Assembly: GCF_036321535.1 (NCBI RefSeq)
Contig: NC_087447.1
Span: 52,330,001 to 52,394,000 of the forward strand
Source of the DNA: Camelus dromedarius
Lineage: Eukaryota
Direction of reading: 5' to 3'
Length of the DNA stretch: 64,000 nt
The notes beneath the pieces are model-generated. The model did not search any database. It was not told where the DNA came from and saw only the letters and a program-made list of their open reading frames with translations. This document shows, piece after piece, positions 37,041 through 51,857 of the stretch. The stretch's first letter is position 1. Each line of letters begins with the position of its first letter. Both the position numbers and the translations under genes were made by a program.

Positions 37041-40000
37041 ACGGGCAGCACCACCTACAGATTAGAAGGCGGTGCTGGCCCTTCAACAGGCCTCCTGACT
37101 TGTGTCTGGGGCAAGACGCTGCCCAGTGCTTCTCTGGAGAAGGGAGATTTGGTTTCTACATTTGTAAGAAGCGGGTCACACTTCCCTGAAAGGGTTGAGA
37201 AGAGATACGAAAGATCACATATAAAGAACTTCACAGGGTACCTGGCACCCAGCTGGGGCTCTGTAAACAGCAGCAGTTATTATAATACTTGTGAAAGAGT
37301 TTAGGAAATTAAAATGCTGCATAAACTCAACATATTATTGCTAGTCTTTACCTACTTCATAGGTCCTCAATTAAGGCGTAATGAAAGATTAGCTAAGGTT
37401 ACAAGGCTGGCTGCCCACGTCTTCTTCCTTGGTTTGGTCTTCCGTGCTGCTTGTAACTTTTATTCAGGCCCCAGGCAAGACATAAAAATACACTTAAACA
37501 CCCAACCACGTTAAATGCCAGTGAGATTTTGCAGCCTCTAACCTAGAGAGCACTGCTGCTGGCTGGTTAAGTTTAAACCTCAGAAGCATTGGGAGGCCAA
37601 GAAAGTCGGCCGCGGGTGCCACAGCATAAGGCAGCGTGGAGGTTGGCAGACTCGAGCTGGCATCCTGAGTGCCACGGGCCATGTGTGGGCCAAGGGTCTC
37701 ACCCACCCACCCAGGCCTCAGTTTCTGGAGAATGAAAGTAGGAACACCTGCCTCTGGAAAAGATCCCATGTTGCTCCCTGCAGGTGCTCAATAAATATGA
37801 GCTCCCTTCTCCCCTTCCTTGCTTCGTAAAGAGCTCAGGGCCTTACATATAGTTACTTTTGTTTACTGACTGTAGACTCCAATTCAAAATACCTTCTTGG
37901 GCAAAGGGAAAGGAGACAAGATTGGCTCGCTGGTCTCCTGGTGCAAGGATGCTCTGGGAATCAGATCTGACTTCCGTCTCTGTGTGAGCTACTCCTAGCC
38001 TTAAAACATACTCATCACTTAGGCAAGTACTCAGGACAGTATGTCTGCCAGGGAGGGTAGCCTGGTATGGACAAGGCCATCTGGGGCCAGTACAGGCTGA
38101 GAGGGGGCTGAGGAGATGCTGCAGGAGGAGTGTCTGCAAAACACAAATCAGGGCTGCGGTCACGACACAAGGGCTTTGGTGCCACTCCGCTCATCCACAT
38201 GTTCATTTATTCATCCCCTACAGACCTACCAAATCTTAGAATCTGAGTCTAACACCTCATTTTAAAAGGGGGAAACAAAGCCGTAGGGCAAAGGGACAAA
38301 CAAAATCCACCAAAAGACCACGATTATTGTGACTCATTGTTTTGCCACCCGATGAGCAGAGGGGTCTCAGGAAAACAAGAGTCCCCTGGGATCTGTGCCA
38401 GACTTTCTTTTGCGAAAAATCTCAGCCCTTCTCCAGGCCTCAGTTTCTTTACCTTTAAGGGGTCAGACTCAGACCTGGAAAGTCCTTCCAATGCTAACAC
38501 CCTGCTCTCCAAGTCTATGGAATCCACACCGAGTGTTATTAAGTGTGTGCATGCATATCGCCCAGAGGCTTTCTCTCTTCCCAGAGTGAATTTAAAACAA
38601 CTGCTTCACATAAGATCAAATTTCATGCACTCGGGGGATTCGACCATTACCTAGAGCAGGCTCACCTGATCTGCTTTTAAACGCGTTCATAAAGGAGGCG
38701 GTGGGAGATGTGTTAATAGTTTTCATGAGGTGCTATGGCCCAAGATCTGGAGATGATATGAATTATGCTCTGTGTTAAAGCCTCTATCGTCCTGGGAGGA
38801 AGAAATGAGACCTATAACATGTGCTTTTTTGGAGCAGAGGAACATTTGATTTACTACTCAAGAGGGGGTCGTGTTTCACAGCTGACACTTATTTTGGTTC
38901 CATTTCATTACTGTTGTGCACTCTGCAAGCGAGGAAGCGGGCAACTTTTCAGAGTTTCTTGAACCCTTCAAAGACAGGAAGGAGAAGGAAGGAGGTAAAC
39001 ACCTCTTAAGTCCCAGGTACATTTCACTCCTTGTCTGACAATCCCATGAGATAGGTGACTGTCCTGGGCCCATTTTACAGGTAAGGAAACAGGCTCAGAG
39101 AAATGAAGTAATTGACTACAACTAATCAGCCAAGTAAAAGACTGTCGAACTATAAAGCTCCCATAGTTTGTTTAATTTTATGACTCTATGTATATGAAGA
39201 AAACCAGAAAAGTGCCTCTAAGGATTGGAAATGACCTGATGAATTTGGGTAAAGGGAACTATCTGGGGCTAGAGCAGCAAGAACAAACTACCACCCCCCC
39301 CCCACACACAAACACACACATCTGCTGCTGCAGCTTCAAAGGAATGGCTGCGTCCTACCACAGTGTTACAGTGCTGATTACGAAGATGGTCCCAGGACAC
39401 ACAGAAAAGTCTAAGATGGGAACCATCCACTGATACAAATTCCAAAGATATATAAACTCCGTTTTAAGAAAATTGTTAACATATTTTTAAAGTCCTAAAC
39501 TGGAGGCCAGAAGGGCTGGGTTATAGTCTTGATTCCACAATAGTGTGACAAAGCCACCTCGAGCAGGTCACCCTGTGTCCTCATGCATTTCTCCCCCTTA
39601 AAATAAAATGGGGTTTTGCAGTGAGATCTCTAAGGCCCCTCTGAGTTAAGGCTCTGTGATTACATCTGTAAAATGCACTTAATATAACAGCTCATTCCCT
39701 GGTGAGGGATAAATGAGGTGTTACCGGGCTGCCTTGTAAGTTTCACGCACACGTTTCATCTCCTTCAACTAGAAGGTGAGTTCTTGGAGGGCTGCTGTGC
39801 GTCTTCTGTCTGGCACCCGGCACATGTCAATAACTGCTGAGTTGACTGTGAGAGTGAAAGAAGGAATGGATCTTATCATTTCTGATGCAATATTAAAGGA
39901 CATGGACTTAGGAATCAGAAAGATCTGAATTTTAATATAGCTTCATTCTGAGCCTCATTTTCCAGGTTGATAAAATGGGAGCACCATACCTACCTTGCAG

Positions 40001-40949
40001 GCTGTATTATCACAAATTAAGTGTTGTTATTGAAAGGAAAGTCGAAACGAGAATATATAAAGACCTGAAAAGGTGCAATTAGCTCCTTAATATCTTTGTT
40101 AGGTGAGTGGCAGCTGTGTACATGTACCTGCATTCACTCAACAAGCATTTTGGGGGAATTGTTAAGTGCAAAGTACAATGCTAATCACCGGAAAGACAAT
40201 CAGAAAGACTATTCACCAAGTACACAAATAAACTATGTGCCCAGAACTTTTTTGCACAAGCTCTGGGAGGTAGCCCCTTCCCATACTGAAGAAAAGAAAG
40301 CCATGCTCCGAGCAGTTAAATAACTTCTTAAAGGTCAAACAATTGGTAGAAACCAGCCGATCAGACAAAATCAGAGAACTAGAGTGAAAATGCTTAATAA
40401 CTTGAGCATTTCAATGATCACCAAGGTCTAGCCAACCACAAGGCAGAGTGAGGAGATGGGTGGGGAAGGAGAAGAGGCCACCGTAATTAATTATAGTACA
40501 CAGGTCAAAATCAAGGTGGAGTTCATTTATAAGAGGGAGTAGGAGGAAAAACTGCCATATTTGTTCATTCAAATATAAAAGAGGTTAATTGAGGGGCTTA
40601 ATCAGAAAATAACATTTAAAGAATCCTTCAAAAATGCTTCCCTTCTTAAAAAAACATGCAATTACTTGTCATTCCTGCAATTTTAAAAAATTGGGTTGGA
40701 AATGTATCCTAGGTGGGTGTGATATTATTGTTCTCCTGTTGCTATGGAACCCACAGAAGAGCCTCCCGTGCACTGGGAAGGGAGGCGGCCCCAGGCTCAG
40801 ACAGCCGGGGAAGGAAGAGGATATCTGGGGGGCACTCAGTGCCCTAGTGCAATGGGACCTGAGCATGTTTAGGCGTGGTTCCCAGTCTTCAGAACATAGG
40901 AGAGACTGTGCTACAAATACCTGCTCCTCTCGGTTCACTATCAGCCAGC

Positions 40950-41215
40950 AGTCCCTGAAGTGTTTTTTTCTGAATACAAGTCCTCTGTGAACTTAAGAGG
41001 GTTCCATGGTCAAAAAGCTTTGGGAAACACTGGGAAACTTCTCTTTGGAGAATCATGGGGCACACTATCAAGTTATTGGCTCTGAGAACTCCTGCAATAA
41101 GGCATCTCTTTACCCTAACATTTCCCAGATTTCTTTGTCCGTGGAACCCCTCTTTCAAGTAGCACCTACAAACACCCTGCAGAGCTCATTCTCTGTGGGA
41201 CACTTTTAAAAACGA
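40950..41215. mobile_element. hAT-Charlie non-autonomous element with internal inverted repeat (Charlie18a-like, tentative)
   Basis: agggttccatggtcaaaaagctttgggaaacactggg pairs with ccctaacatttcccagatttctttgtccgtggaacccct. Confidence 0.55.
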
Positions 41216-43129
41216 TCCTCTCCCACCTGGCTTATTTCAGCTGCCTCCAGGCTCACTTGTCGACAATTGTCAGCCGCTGATTACCAAGTGATCTTTCTAG
41301 CAGGAAATCTGACCATGCTTTACCCTTAATCAAAAACCTTCCATGGCTCCACACTATCTATGGAGTCAAGTGTGAACGCTTTAGCTTGACGCTCAAGATT
41401 CTCCCTTGTGCAGATCTAATGACAAACCCAGGCGACTCCTTTCTGCCACATACCTCTCTGGCCCCCTGACCTTTCACCCTAGGTGCTAGCCTTTTTTTTT
41501 GTTTAAACTTTTTGCTTTGAAATAATTTTAGATTCAGCTACAGGTTGTGAAAACAGAACAGAGTTCCTGTGTAACTTCCCCCAGCAGGTCTCCCAGGATA
41601 ATGTACAGCCCTTTCTAAGTGATACTTATCACTTCCTACTTTGGATTACTACTCATAATCATGTTTTCAAGGGCCATGTCCTTGTCTGATTCATCTTTGC
41701 ACCTCTCCCAGAACCTGACACTAAGTATAGATCAATAAGGCACACAGGCTCAGTGGTTCCCAGACTTTGGCATTTCATACTAAAGATTTTTTTTAAAAAA
41801 GGTCAACAAAAATAACAGAAGCTACTGAATAGGAAGGACAGTTAGAATAAAAGACAATCCTGATGAACAACTCCCTCCATCATTCTGATTGTGTCTTTTG
41901 TTGCAAGGAGAAGCCTTGGGGACAAGCAGAGCAGACCATCATCTGGTGACCCTTGTCTTAGCTAAAGCCACGGCAAAGGGAACAAGGAGGGTCCCCCCGC
42001 TTTCCAACATGTTGTCAGCTCTGTGGTGAGGGGTTTGGGGACTTCGGTAATAAACGCAGCTCCAATCGAGCTTGGAATATAAGTACTCACAGCGTTGCCA
42101 CACAAGACTTTCCCTTGTTTTGTTGGTAAAAACAGAACTGCTTTGGGCTAACTAAGCACAGAAATTGCATTCAAAACTAAAAGTCCTTTTGGAATTCCCA
42201 AGTCTCCCTTCGGCAGTAACATGCTTCCCCTGACTCGGTGGTAAGAACATTTTTGTGCACATACATCTCTCATCCTGGGGCTGGAGTCCCCATGGCAGTG
42301 GTGACTCTACAAGCAGATAAGAATTAAGGAAATCACACATTTAATGGCCCCCCGCTGCTGCCTCTCTCCTTCTCTGCTATTTCATCTAAAACGGAGATGA
42401 ATTTTCCTACAACACTCAGTCTCCAAAGGGACACTTCTCTTTCCACGTTCGGCTGAGCTTTTCACGGGGCTTAAGGAGCCAGAATCATCTTTCTGCAATG
42501 CAGAGCTGACCACATCAGGGCTTCTCCATGGCTCACCGCTGCCTGATGGAATTACCCTCAGGCTTCTCAGCGATCTCCCACGCCCTTCACAAAGTGGCCT
42601 CAAAGGCCTCTCCAGCTTCTTACTGGGGAAGACGGAGTGCAATGTTCACCATCTCATAACCACCACTTGCTTTCATGCCTTGTGTCTTTGTCAATGGCGT
42701 CCTCCGTACTTGAGAAACCTTTCCCTGCTCTGCTGTCTGGAGAACTCACATTCATCCCATAAGGATCAGCACAAGCACCATCTCTTGACTGCAGCATCCC
42801 TGACCCCACAAGACAGAATTAATCTCTCTGTTCCCACAGCAGCCTGTACTATGAGTAAGATAGGTTTATAACTACCTGCTTTATGGACTTGCGAGGCTTA
42901 AGTGCAAATATACATAAAGCTTTGAGAACATTCCATAGCACTTAATAAGCGTGTTGTTAAAATTATTGTTGCTGTTATTGTTATTAAAAACAAAAAAATT
43001 TGCTTATGTATTTTTATGCTCTGCGAGGCTATGAGCTCACGAAGGGCAGGGGATAGGTTCTTCTAAAACTCTTGTTCCCAGCACCTAATGCAATGTCAGG
43101 TATAAACTTGGAGTGAAAGAAATACATTT

Positions 43130-43545
43130 TTAAGAAATTAATTTTCTTTTGACTCTAAAGTGACAACATTTTCACTAGATAATGTATATATAAAGAAGAA
43201 CAGTACAAAGGGAAAAACCAAAAATCTGTCGCAACCCAACACTTAGTAATAAACACTGTTAACATCCCTTGCTGTTTCCTTCTAGTCTTTTCTTCTACAG
43301 ATGTAAACATACACTTTTCAAATTAGGTTCAGACTATATAGAGTTTTCAATCCAACTTTTTTCCGACTTCATGTCATATTATAAGAGCTTTTTTTTCATA
43401 TCTTTTAAATATTATTTGAAAACATGATTGTAATGGCTATCTAAAACGTCATCATATGGACAGAAGATAATGCTATTTATCACTTTCTATTCTTGCACAT
43501 CCAAGTTGTTTTCAGTTTTTCTGCTTTTGAAAATATTTCTGAGTT
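43130..43545 (-). mobile_element. Old L1 (L1ME-type) fragment
   Basis: AT-rich, with aacactgttaacat...gattgtaatggctat...catccaagttgttttcagttttt. Confidence 0.55.
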
Positions 43546-43745
43546 AGTTGTAAGCTCTGCCAAGGGGTAGACTAAATTCCAGATTAAACAGAGCCCCCTC
43601 ATCTCCCCCCTAGCCACACATACACACACACACAACCCTTTTTAGGAGTTGAGGTCTGGTCTAGGAAAAGCAGAGGATGAATCCTCTTTCCGGGATTTGG
43701 TTTACTTGTCTCTTGGAAGGACAGCAGACGTGCTTGGGTGAGCTC

Positions 43746-43780
43746 ACTCAGCGTGGAGCCTGAACTCAGCGTGGAGCCTG
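43746..43780. repeat. Perfect 18-bp tandem duplication
   Basis: actcagcgtggagcctga actcagcgtggagcctg. Confidence 0.9.
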
Positions 43781-46700
43781 GTCAGTCTGTTCTCCCTCCC
43801 ATCCCCCCTCCATTTAGGTTCCATTAACATTCTTCCTGGGAGATGGCAGCTCCAAGGGACAAACAGGCATTGTTGGGACTCAAGGGCCAGGACAGTGGGC
43901 CCTGTAACCTGAGTCCTGCCAGCTTGGATACGGTCAGGCAGGTCACCCTGGGGACACCCCGGTGACAGATGAAAGTGCATCTCAGAGCCCTGGATTGTGT
44001 TTCCAGGGCACAGGTGTGAGGGGATTACCTTTCTGACAAGCCCAGCACTTATCCCAATCTCTAAAGCTGCTTTCTCTGCTCTCTCTGGTCCTAGCACCAG
44101 AAATAGCACCCTCAAGCCATTGTCTGTTAAAGCCGAGAGCTGTCTTCACCTGAGCCCCTTTGCCTAAGAGTTACCAAAAGATCCTGACAAATTGCCTCAC
44201 TTTGTTAAATGACAGAGTGAACGCACCTCCTGCACTGGGAGTGCTCGGGCGGGCACGTCCCCTTCAGCCAGCAGAGCCATGATGCTCTTCCTGGGAGCCC
44301 TTGGTGTGGGGGCTGCAGAGACATGAACTCGCCCCAGACCACGGTGGACTTGCTACTTGCTAGCTGCCTGACCGGAAGCAAACTCCTGGATCTCTGTGAG
44401 CCTCAGTTACCTCATCTGTGAAGAGGGAACGATGCTGGTGTCCCAGAATTGCTGTGATGATTAAATTGGACAAGAGACATGAAAATACTTAGCACCACAT
44501 GTGCCTGGCAAAGGAGCTCCTGGAGAAAAATGCAGAGCATGAGAGGGGCCAGATGTGCTGGAGGAACAGAGAAAGCTGCCCAGAGGGGCCTGGCAGGGGG
44601 GCTGACATTCCCAGGCCTGGGGACCTGCCTAAGACACTTGGCCAGGCTGCCAGCTGCGGGTGAGGGTAGGCTGTTCTTTTCAGGTCTTGGCAACACCCAC
44701 CGGGTTGTGACTTGAGAGCAGCCTGGCCTCAGGGCTGGGAGGCAGGAAGGCGAGCCCTGGCAGGACGCCAGCAGGGATCCCACTTGAAGCAGGTGCCAGG
44801 GCAGGGTGACCATGGGAACGTGGCCCACTTGGCTCTGGGCGCCCACCCCAGCCTGTCGTACAATCCAGAGCAGGCTCTCCCCGCAGCCTGAGGCCGCCCT
44901 GCCTCATTCTCACCTCACAAAGCTGTCCCTGAAGCGGGCGGCGAGCTGACTCCGACAGAACACAGACTGCATTCTTGGCCTGTCTTGAACCAGATTTCTT
45001 ACTGTAAGATGCAGCATTTCCTGAGCATCAACTATGTGCCTGCACTGTGCAGATGCTTTCGTACAAGTGATCTCATCGGGTCCCCAGGACAACCCCATGA
45101 AGTACTTATTCCCATCTCGGAGCAGTGGTGAGACTTGGGGTGACGAGGTCTTCTAAACATGGAGAAGTGTGGTGTCGACCCTGGAGTGAGATTAGGGAGC
45201 CCCAAGCCCCCCGGCTGCCACGGCTCTAATGCAAAGGCTCATCTGCCTCTCCTTTCTCGGACCCCTTATTCCTTCACAAGGGCAAGCTCCGTGGGCAGGA
45301 CTCGGGAGAGTAATCCTCTGGGAGCCCATGCACCAAAGTGAGGACTGGTTCGTTCCTGTGTCTCCCATGTGCCGGGCTGCCTGCTCATCTTTTCACAAAT
45401 ACTGCCTAATTCAGTCCTGCCACCTGCATCCCTGCTCTCTGAGGTAAGAATTATCACCCCTATTTTACAAAAGACAAAAATAAAGCTCAGAGAGGGAGAC
45501 ATCACCCAGTTCTATGCGGCTACAGATGGGAGAAGTGATGGGAGGCCAGTCTGACTGACTCCAAAGCTGTGCTCTTCCTCAAAACTGAGTCTTTCCAAGA
45601 AAATCCCTGAATGGCTGAAAGGGCACAGAGTCTTCAAAGGGCACTGGGAGTTCTGAGCAGACTTTTCAACCTGATGAAACTCTCCCCTCAAGAGTTGGTG
45701 CAAGAACCCATGAGGGTCTTTAGGACAGAATCTTTCCTTCCACGCCAGAAGTTTGCATCTGCTGCTGCCCCCCACCCCAAGGGGACATTTAGCTAAGGAT
45801 CCTTATGAGTGTGTACCTTTCAGACAACAAATGTTCAGCTGTCCCCAGTCCACAGGTGGCAGCCCCAAAGCCGGGGCAGGAGGCCCCAAAGGAAGGGGGT
45901 GATTTCACACTCCAATTTTTAGGCAATTTTTTAGTCCTTGAAGAGGCATGTTTCAAAGATTCCAATCTAAGAAGGAACTTGACTCTTGAAAGAGGGGGAC
46001 AGAAGAAGAGAGGAGCCCCAGTGTAGGGGTGAGGGGTTGGGAGTGGGTGTGAGCAGCAGACTCTTATCCCAAGGAATGCAGAGGCTGAACCCTGCAACCC
46101 AGCCTGCAAAGAAGCAGGAAACAAGCCCAGCCGCTTTCTACCCTCGTCCACCCTTCTTATATATGACTTCCTCGGCTTCAGCAGGAGAAATACACATCAT
46201 TTAATTGCCTGTCATAAATTCTCACCTGACCAGAGGGATGGCAATTTTCGGCATATTTGAAAATGATCTTTTTTCGCCTAGCAGAGAAAAATACCTGGAT
46301 CTTTAGTGATATTGTAGATGCCCCGTTTGAAAGTCTTGACAATCCACGTGTGCTACTTCCATGTGCAAAAATACATGGTCAAGGAACTAGAGGCCAAAAC
46401 CAGAGTAAATTAAGGGTAACAGATGGTAAGTAAATATTAGTTTTCTCTCTCTCCTTTCCTGTGCTTACAACATTCCCATTTACTTAATATTCTATTTACC
46501 AAGTACTTTAGCAATAACATGCCCTGTTTTGTATAGCTTTTTGGGAAAATGCCCAGTGCATCCTGGCATATCTAACATGCCTGTCGGGCTGGAGAGCGTG
46601 CTCCTGGGGCTGCCTTCCCCCACCTCCCTTTGTGCAGCTCCCACACTTCCACGTGCCTTATCTCCTAGAAGCCATGTGACAGGCTGCAGAGGCAGACAGA

Positions 46701-47339
46701 CTGGGGGGCAGCAACGAGCCTCATTCTCCCTTTGGAGATAAGGAAAGTGAGGGCCAAGGAGATAATGACTTTCCAGTGTCACGTGGCTAGTGAGGGGCAG
46801 GGCTGGGACTGGAAGTAAAAACCCGCCTCTGTGATGAACAGGCTGGCACTGCTGTGACTCCAACTCAAATGCTGAAGCAGTCTGGCTGGGCCTCTTCATC
46901 CTGATTTAGGCAGAAACAGAAAGCAAGGAACCTTATTCTGGCCCAGACTTACCCATCTATCTCTAGCTGTGTCGGCCAAGAGAAACGGGCCAAGGAAGGT
47001 TGTCTCCCTTGCCCGGACCACATGTCTGGATACCTAGGCTCTGAACGAGCCAGCTTGCTCTATCTGAAGGCGCTCTGAAATCACAAACTGAAGTTTCTTC
47101 TCATCCTCTTTGTCCTCTCGGCCCCATCAAACCACCAGTAGCTTGAAGGGCTAGGCTAAGAAGACAGCCTCAAAAGGGCAGAAATCACAGTGCATTTTCA
47201 TCATCCTTTGGAAGGTCTGCAGGGCAGGGCTTTTGATGTCAGCTGACTGCCCATGGTCTATCACTCCTGGTGCAGAGGAACAAAACTTGAGAGACAGGTC
47301 TGGATATCAGGGGCCTTCCTGGGCTTCACAGATTCAGTG

Positions 47340-47580
47340 CTAATTGCAGTTCTGTTCATTGAATGCTTGTTACTTGCTAGGTGCTGGGCCAAGAACTTCC
47401 TGTAAAGTATGCTGGTTCCTCGCTCAGACCCTGCTAAGTTGGTGTTATTATACTTTATTATACAGATGAAACGACTGAGACTCAGAAAGATTACTAATCT
47501 GCCTGGGTCACCTGGTCAGTAAGTGGCAGAGCTGGGATTTGAATCTAGGCCTATCTGACTTCAAAGCTTATCCACTCTTT
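47340..47580 (-). mobile_element. MIR SINE
   Basis: tacagatgaaacgactgagactcag...agtggcagagctgggatttgaatctaggcctatctgacttcaaagc. Confidence 0.8.
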
Positions 47581-48694
47581 TACCAAAAACTCTCAATAAG
47601 AGGATAAAATCAAATTCTTTTCCTGTGACTTTCCATGTGATTTCCTCTCCATTAAGAACTGTACTTTGGCTACCTTTTGGATAAAAATGAGAGTAATTTT
47701 GGATAAACTTTTTTTCATGATCAAAGTAAGACAACCATACTCTATAGATGTACAGTGTGTTTGTATTTGACACACTATAATGAAATCAACAAGACCATAT
47801 ATACAGAATGCCCACTCTGTGCACAGGCTCCATGAACTCAGTGACCACACACCTATACAGGCTGAGCAACCCCGTAATAAGTATTGTCTATAAATAACCA
47901 AGAGGCTGAAGCCCAGAGAAGGGAACCATCTTGCCCAAGGCCACACAGCTTCAGGGCTCAGACTCTGAAACTTCCAGGACTTCCCAGCCACAGCAGAACC
48001 CTCTCAACCATGGGATTCAGCAGCTTCTGTGTTTGATTGGATTGTGGTCTGGGTTCGAGGTGGGAAGTTGGGGGTAGAGGGGAAGTGTTTGGAAGCCCGG
48101 CCAAGGGCTGGAAAAGTAGAAGGAGATGGAAAAGGATTTATTCTCAAATGCTGCCTCCCTAGAAAACTTTAAACAGAAAAGTTTACCTTTACAATATGGA
48201 GGAGTTTTTCATGTTTCAGCTCATGTTGAATTGTTTTATGCTTTAGCTATAAACCTCCAACAGAGAGGGTGCGGGGGCAAGGTTGGCCCAGCTTTAACTA
48301 TGGCTGTGCCGCTGTAAAGCTCAGGTTATGAGGATCGCTCCTGGTGCCAAGGCAGTTTAACAAGCATGAACGCACATAATTCGTTCCAGTTGTCCTGCCT
48401 CAGCACAGAAGGGCTAATTCTGGACTGGGGCTCTGTGTGCTCCTGTCAATGTGGTTCCCATTACCGGCTGCAGTGCCTCACCCAAGTCCCCTCCATGCCC
48501 AGGAAGGGCCCGCTTCATCACAACCGCTAACCCAACAATCCCTGTAAAAGTTTAGAGGGTTTCTGTATTCTGAGTTCCCAAAGCGGGTGAGGGATCTTAC
48601 TACAGAAAGTGTCCACATCTCACCCATCCCAAGAATCTTTTTGAAAAACTCAGTTGCTATTATCCAATCTGTCTCCAATTCAGGTTAAATTTCC

Positions 48695-49430
48695 TCCACT
48701 TTTTATTTTGAAAACTTTAAACCCTACAGAATAGTCAAAAGAAGAGTACAAAAACACCCATATACCCTTCACCTAAATCTGACCATTGTTAATATGTTGC
48801 CACATGGTTTTCTCTCTCTCTGTTGCTCTCTACGAAGTTTTATTCTGACCATTTGAAAGTTGCAGACATCAAGACACTTCACACCAGCATGCATCTTCTA
48901 AGAGCAGGGGCTTTCTCCCATATAACCGCGTATCATGATCACAACTAAGAAAATTAACAATTATTCCATAACATCACCTAGCACTCATATACACCATATT
49001 TTAAAAACTCCCCAATTCTTCCCCAAAAATCTTCTTTATAACCTTAAAAAACAAAAACCAAAAACCTTAGGATCCAATCAAGATTCAAGGGTTGCATTTG
49101 GCTGTTAACATTGTTTTAGTCTCTTTTAATCTAGAGGAAACCTCCACCCATTGCAACACTCTCAGTTCCTTTTTTTTTTTTTTTTCATACTAACTTTTTT
49201 GAAAGGTTCAGACCAGTTGCCTCACAGACTGTCCTATTTTCTGGGTGTTTCTCACGATTAGACTAGGGTTAAATATTTTTGGCAAGTGCATCTCATGTGT
49301 GACGGAATATATTTCTTATTGCTTTATAATAATGATCATTAAGTTTGGTCACTTGTTAAGGTGACAATTCCTGGTCTCCCCCATGTAAAGGAATCCTTTT
49401 CCTTTGTATAATTTGTAAGCAATCCCTGAT
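48695..49430 (-). mobile_element. L1MC4/5-like LINE 3' fragment
   Basis: ttttattttgaaaactttaaaccctacagaa...acccatatacccttcacc...ccatttgaaagttgcagacatc...ggatccaatcaagattc...gttgcatttggctg. Confidence 0.75.
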
Positions 49431-51258
49431 GTAAAGTCTTATCTCTTAGAATGAGTTATCCAAACTATTTCTGCCCTCTCAACTCCAATCCACCCTCCTC
49501 TGGCTTTAGCTTCCATATCCTGAAGATGTCCTTACCAAGGGCAGCAGTGGCCAACTAGATGCCAAGGTGAGCGGGCACTTTTCACACGGGTACTCCCGAA
49601 CCCTTGTAAGGACTGGATGTTAGTGCTTGGGCCCCACCTCAAGGGCATGATCTTTTCTTCCCCATGCCATACTCCAGGGCCTATCTACCTCAGTGTTTGG
49701 CACACGGTAGGTGCTTCAGAAATCTTTGCAGAATGAGTAAGTGAATTCATGCATTGAGAGAAAGTCAGGATAGGGAGTCAGATGGCCTGGCTTCGAATCT
49801 GGCTCTGCCCCTCTTCAGACGATAAAAGAGTTGATTTAAATCAGTGGTTTTCATACTTTGACAAAAAAGAGGTTTAATATTAGAAGTGCTCTTTAAAGAG
49901 GATCTTACTCAGAAGCACTTGTAGGAATCTGATGAAAGGAAGCAGGGAGTGAAGGCTCTCTGATGCGCCTCACTGGAGTAGGGGCTTGGGGACGGGTCAG
50001 AGAGGTTCTGGAAGGAGGGAAGAGGTTAGATTCTAGTAGGTCCTGACTGCCAGCCTCAGATGTTTGAGCTGTAATCCGTCATGTTAGGTTTCAGTGGCAC
50101 AAGGTGCTGCTGGGAAAATCAGTCTGGTCACTGAGGGTCTGTCTGGTACATCTGGGGGCGCCCAGCTCGGAATGCACAGTGCAGACTCCGGCCCAGGCAG
50201 TGCAGGATGTCAGAAGTTCTCCATGTCCCCTCTCTGTCTCAGTTTCCTCCTCTGAAGTCCTTTGTCATTCTAATGCTCTTTAAGTCTCTCTCCCCCCATG
50301 ATTCCAAATGTTCCTCCTTGTTCTGTAGGGGCGGTGCAGCAGGAGATAAAGAGCGGGTTTAGCACAGAGGGGAGGGGGCCGAGGCCTCCCGTGCTCTGAG
50401 GGGCTTGGGCCCTTTGCTGAGTGATTCGGTGACCTGAGACGCTTATCCATTGTCCAGGCTTTAAAGGGCCACTGCCCCTTACCATTAACCCAACTCAGGA
50501 CAAAGGCCATCACCAGCTCAGACAAATAAGCTGCTTAGCCAGACCTCATGCATCATCTTGTCACCCACTTGGGGGCCCATGAGGGGCATCTTAAAAGAGC
50601 TAAGAGCAGGAGTGCAACTCAGCGGTTTCCATTCTGGGGGATTCTGGCCAGGGGTTGGGGCTTGCTGCCAAAATGTGCATGCAGCCTCCTCCTCCATGTG
50701 GGGGGGCGAGGTGAGGGCGAAAGAAATCTCTGATCTGCCGGGGAGGTTCCCTGAGAACTCTGGCTTCCTAAGGGTTGTCAAGAAAGGCGGATGAAAGGTT
50801 GTCAGAGGAGGGAGGGCAGCCTGGTGGGATGAAGGGGCTGAGTTGAACCAGACATACCTGGGATGCAAAAATGCCCCTTCCTGTCTGTGTGACCTTGGGC
50901 AGGTTACTGTACATTTCTGAGGCTATGTTTGGTAAAACAACCATCAAAACAACAACGATAACAGTAATGTCAGTTTCCATTTATACCTTTTTTCACTGTT
51001 ATTTTTCCATTTAAGACTTTACAATAACCAAGTACTTTGCTAAGTACTTCACATACATTATTTCACACTGAATTCTAACAACACTATTGAGGTAGGTATT
51101 ATGATTTCCTCCTTTACACACGAGGTAAAATGGAGACTCAGAGGTTAAATCATTTGCTACCGACCTCAGCTAGTAGTGATGAAGTCAAAATTCAAACCTG
51201 CACTCAACTCTTCTGCCCTAGAGCCCACCAGCTGCACAGATTCCGTGGGGCCAGGTGA

Positions 51259-51294
51259 AGCACCTAGCATAGCACCTAGCACAGCACCTAGCAC
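51259..51294. repeat. 12-bp tandem repeat x3
   Basis: agcacctagcat agcacctagcac agcacctagcac. Confidence 0.9.
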
Positions 51295-51857
51295 CCTGCA
51301 GGTGTACCGTGCGGGATGTGCTCTTCTGTTATACAATCCAAAGGTGTGCCAGGCCCTCCTCGGTTCCTGAGGCTGCATCTGGTACCTTCACCCCCATTGG
51401 ATGGGCTCTGAAACAAGGGGCCTACAGAGCAGCACAGCTGCCCTCAGTCCACACTGCTCTCTCCATCCCGGAAAAATCGAGTCTTCTAAAGAGGCAGCTC
51501 TCTGACAAGGGAAGTGGGTAGTGGGGATGGCCCTGGTGCACTAGCTTTCTCTGGAGAGAGGAAGGCAGCCTTGCCCTCCACTCCTGCCCCTGCAGCGGAC
51601 CCCGTGCTTCCTTCATGTGTCCCTCCGCACATGCACACAGCCACACACACCCGGGGAACACACGGTACCTGCTCAGAACTCCCCAACACAGGAACCCACA
51701 CAGAGCACACACCCAGGGAAGTCTGCTGAATGAATGAATGAATGTTTGAGGAAGTAAGTGCTTCAAGACACCACAGTCAGGCTGGTAGCACCTGGTTGCG
51801 CACACACAGTAGACATGGAAAGTAGGATCATCTAGGCTCCTCCTTACACCAGAGTCC

